Translations under genes and position numbers: made by a program | Shown: positions 62,891-64,000 of the stretch, piece after piece | Numbering within the stretch: position 1 is the first letter of the stretch | How the letters are laid out: each line of letters starts with the position of its first letter | From: Alphaproteobacteria bacterium | GTDB taxonomy: Bacteria > Pseudomonadota > Alphaproteobacteria > SP197 | Assembly: GCA_965215635.1 (NCBI GenBank) | Contig: CBDCEA010000004.1 | Span: forward strand, 214,475-278,474 | Length of the DNA stretch: 64,000 nucleotides | Reading direction: 5' to 3' | The notes under the pieces: generated by a model | What the model was told of the DNA's origin: nothing | The model's database searches: none | The model's input: the letters and a program-made list of their open reading frames with translations, nothing else

Positions 62891-64000
62891 GTGCGCCCCG
62901 ACGGCGCGTAACACCAGTGGAGGAAGGATCCACCCAGACAGTTGTCGGTTTGATCTGGTAGCTGACAGGCGGTCTTGTCGGATAACCGGCGGGACCGAAG
63001 CCCTGTGACAAAGGCCGCCTTGGGCGGTTGAGCGACCTTGCGGGCCGAAGGCGAGTGAAGCCTGATCAGGCCTCGAAAGTGAAGATGTGGACGCCGACCC
63101 TCCTGAGATTAGGGGAAGGCCGCGTGGAACGGGGGGAGTAACCGACGAATGCACCCGTTCCGGTCCGCCGGGGGAGTGGGCACGGCACGCAAGGAAGGTG
63201 ATACGGGTAATCGGGGGAGGCCCGTCGCGGGCGAGGGTGGCGGCCTCAACGTCACCTCGGGTGGCGGCGCGGGCGGGAATCGGAAAGGGTGATAGTACCG
63301 TTGATGCCGGGTAATGCCGGCGGAGGGAAGCACCCTTACTTCTGGTGCGCTTTTGACGGAGAGGAGGCGGGGTGATTGGCGATGCGCCTGCAAACACCTG
63401 AAAAGATCCGGACTCTCCAGAGGAAGCTCTATCTCAAGGCGAAGGCGGAACCGGACTTCCGCTTCTACCTGCTCTACGACAAGGTCTATCGCGAAGACAT
63501 CCTGTTCCATGCCTACCGACTGGCGCGGTCCAACAAGGGCGCGCCGGGGGTGGATGGACAGAGCTTCGAGGAGATCGAGGCGATGGGGCTGGAGGGGTGG
63601 CTGTCCGGGATCAGGGACGACCTTCGCGCCGAGACGTACAGACCTGAGCCGGTGCGGCGGGCGGTCCAACAAGGGCGCGCCGGGGGTGGTCCCAAAGCCC
63701 GGCGGCGGCGAACAGCCGCTCGGCATCCCGACGATCCGGAACCGGGTGGTGCAAGGCGCCGTCAAGCTCGTGATCGAACCGATCTTCGAGGCCGATCTCG
63801 AGCCCAGTGCCTATGGCTACCGACCGAAACGCCTCTGCGGGCGATGCCGTCCAGGCGGTCCACAAGCTTCTCTGTCGCGGCTACACGGACGTGGTTGACG
63901 CGGATTTGTCCAAGTACTTCGATACGATTCCCCATGCGGAACTGATGCAATCGGTTGCGCGCCGGATCGTCGATCGCAACGTCCTGCGCCTGATCAAATT
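62891..64000 (+). mobile_element. Group II intron (5' part; continues beyond the window)
   Basis: GTGCG 5' consensus at 62891, about 490 nt of GC-rich non-coding sequence, then an RT/maturase ORF. Confidence 0.88.
63382..64000 (+). pseudogene. ltrA: Group II intron reverse transcriptase/maturase with two frameshifts
   Basis: GAPGVDG (RT0), PKPGGG..PLGIPTI..RVVQ, EPIFEAD...YGYRP, DADLSKYFDTIPH in three successive frames. Confidence 0.9.

Noticed and set aside
63314-64000. RT as a DGR or retron, with the 29-bp repeat as TR/VR
   Set aside because: The protein has group II intron RT0/RT1 motifs and an upstream GTGCG intron start; the repeat copies are identical, with no adenine-specific changes

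Overview
GC-rich chromosomal segment whose gene order (recA-alaS, glyQ-glyS-ppdK, ygfZ-GT4-GT9) points to an alphaproteobacterium. The core blocks are interleaved with catabolic genes: a GcvT-like aminomethyltransferase, a Mo-bisPGD oxidoreductase, a TauD-type dioxygenase, a GMC oxidoreductase, and a glutamine-synthetase-like ligase with a PotABCD-like ABC transporter and SDRs. Also present are tRNA-Val(CAC), glnS, several pseudogenes and two decaying mobile regions (about 10.9-17.8 kb and 52.1-64 kb). Most notable observations: (1) a roughly 100-bp structured non-coding sequence occurs twice, each time at the edge of a region containing the same tyrosine-integrase family, so it is a probable terminus of an integrative element, and one copy has iteron-like repeats beside it; (2) a single-chain tandem bacterioferritin-like protein keeps the heme-ligand Met in both halves but has lost the ferroxidase ligands; (3) a UGSC selenoprotein split at an in-frame TGA, with a SECIS-like hairpin, is in an operon with a thioredoxin-fold fusion and a metal-ligand-less MBL protein; (4) an IS21 element has terminal repeats enclosing a primase-like Toprim passenger gene; (5) a 1700-aa exonuclease-RecQ-UvrD dual-helicase fusion. 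A group II intron with a frameshifted RT runs off the right edge. All family assignments come from motif recognition by eye; no database search was run.
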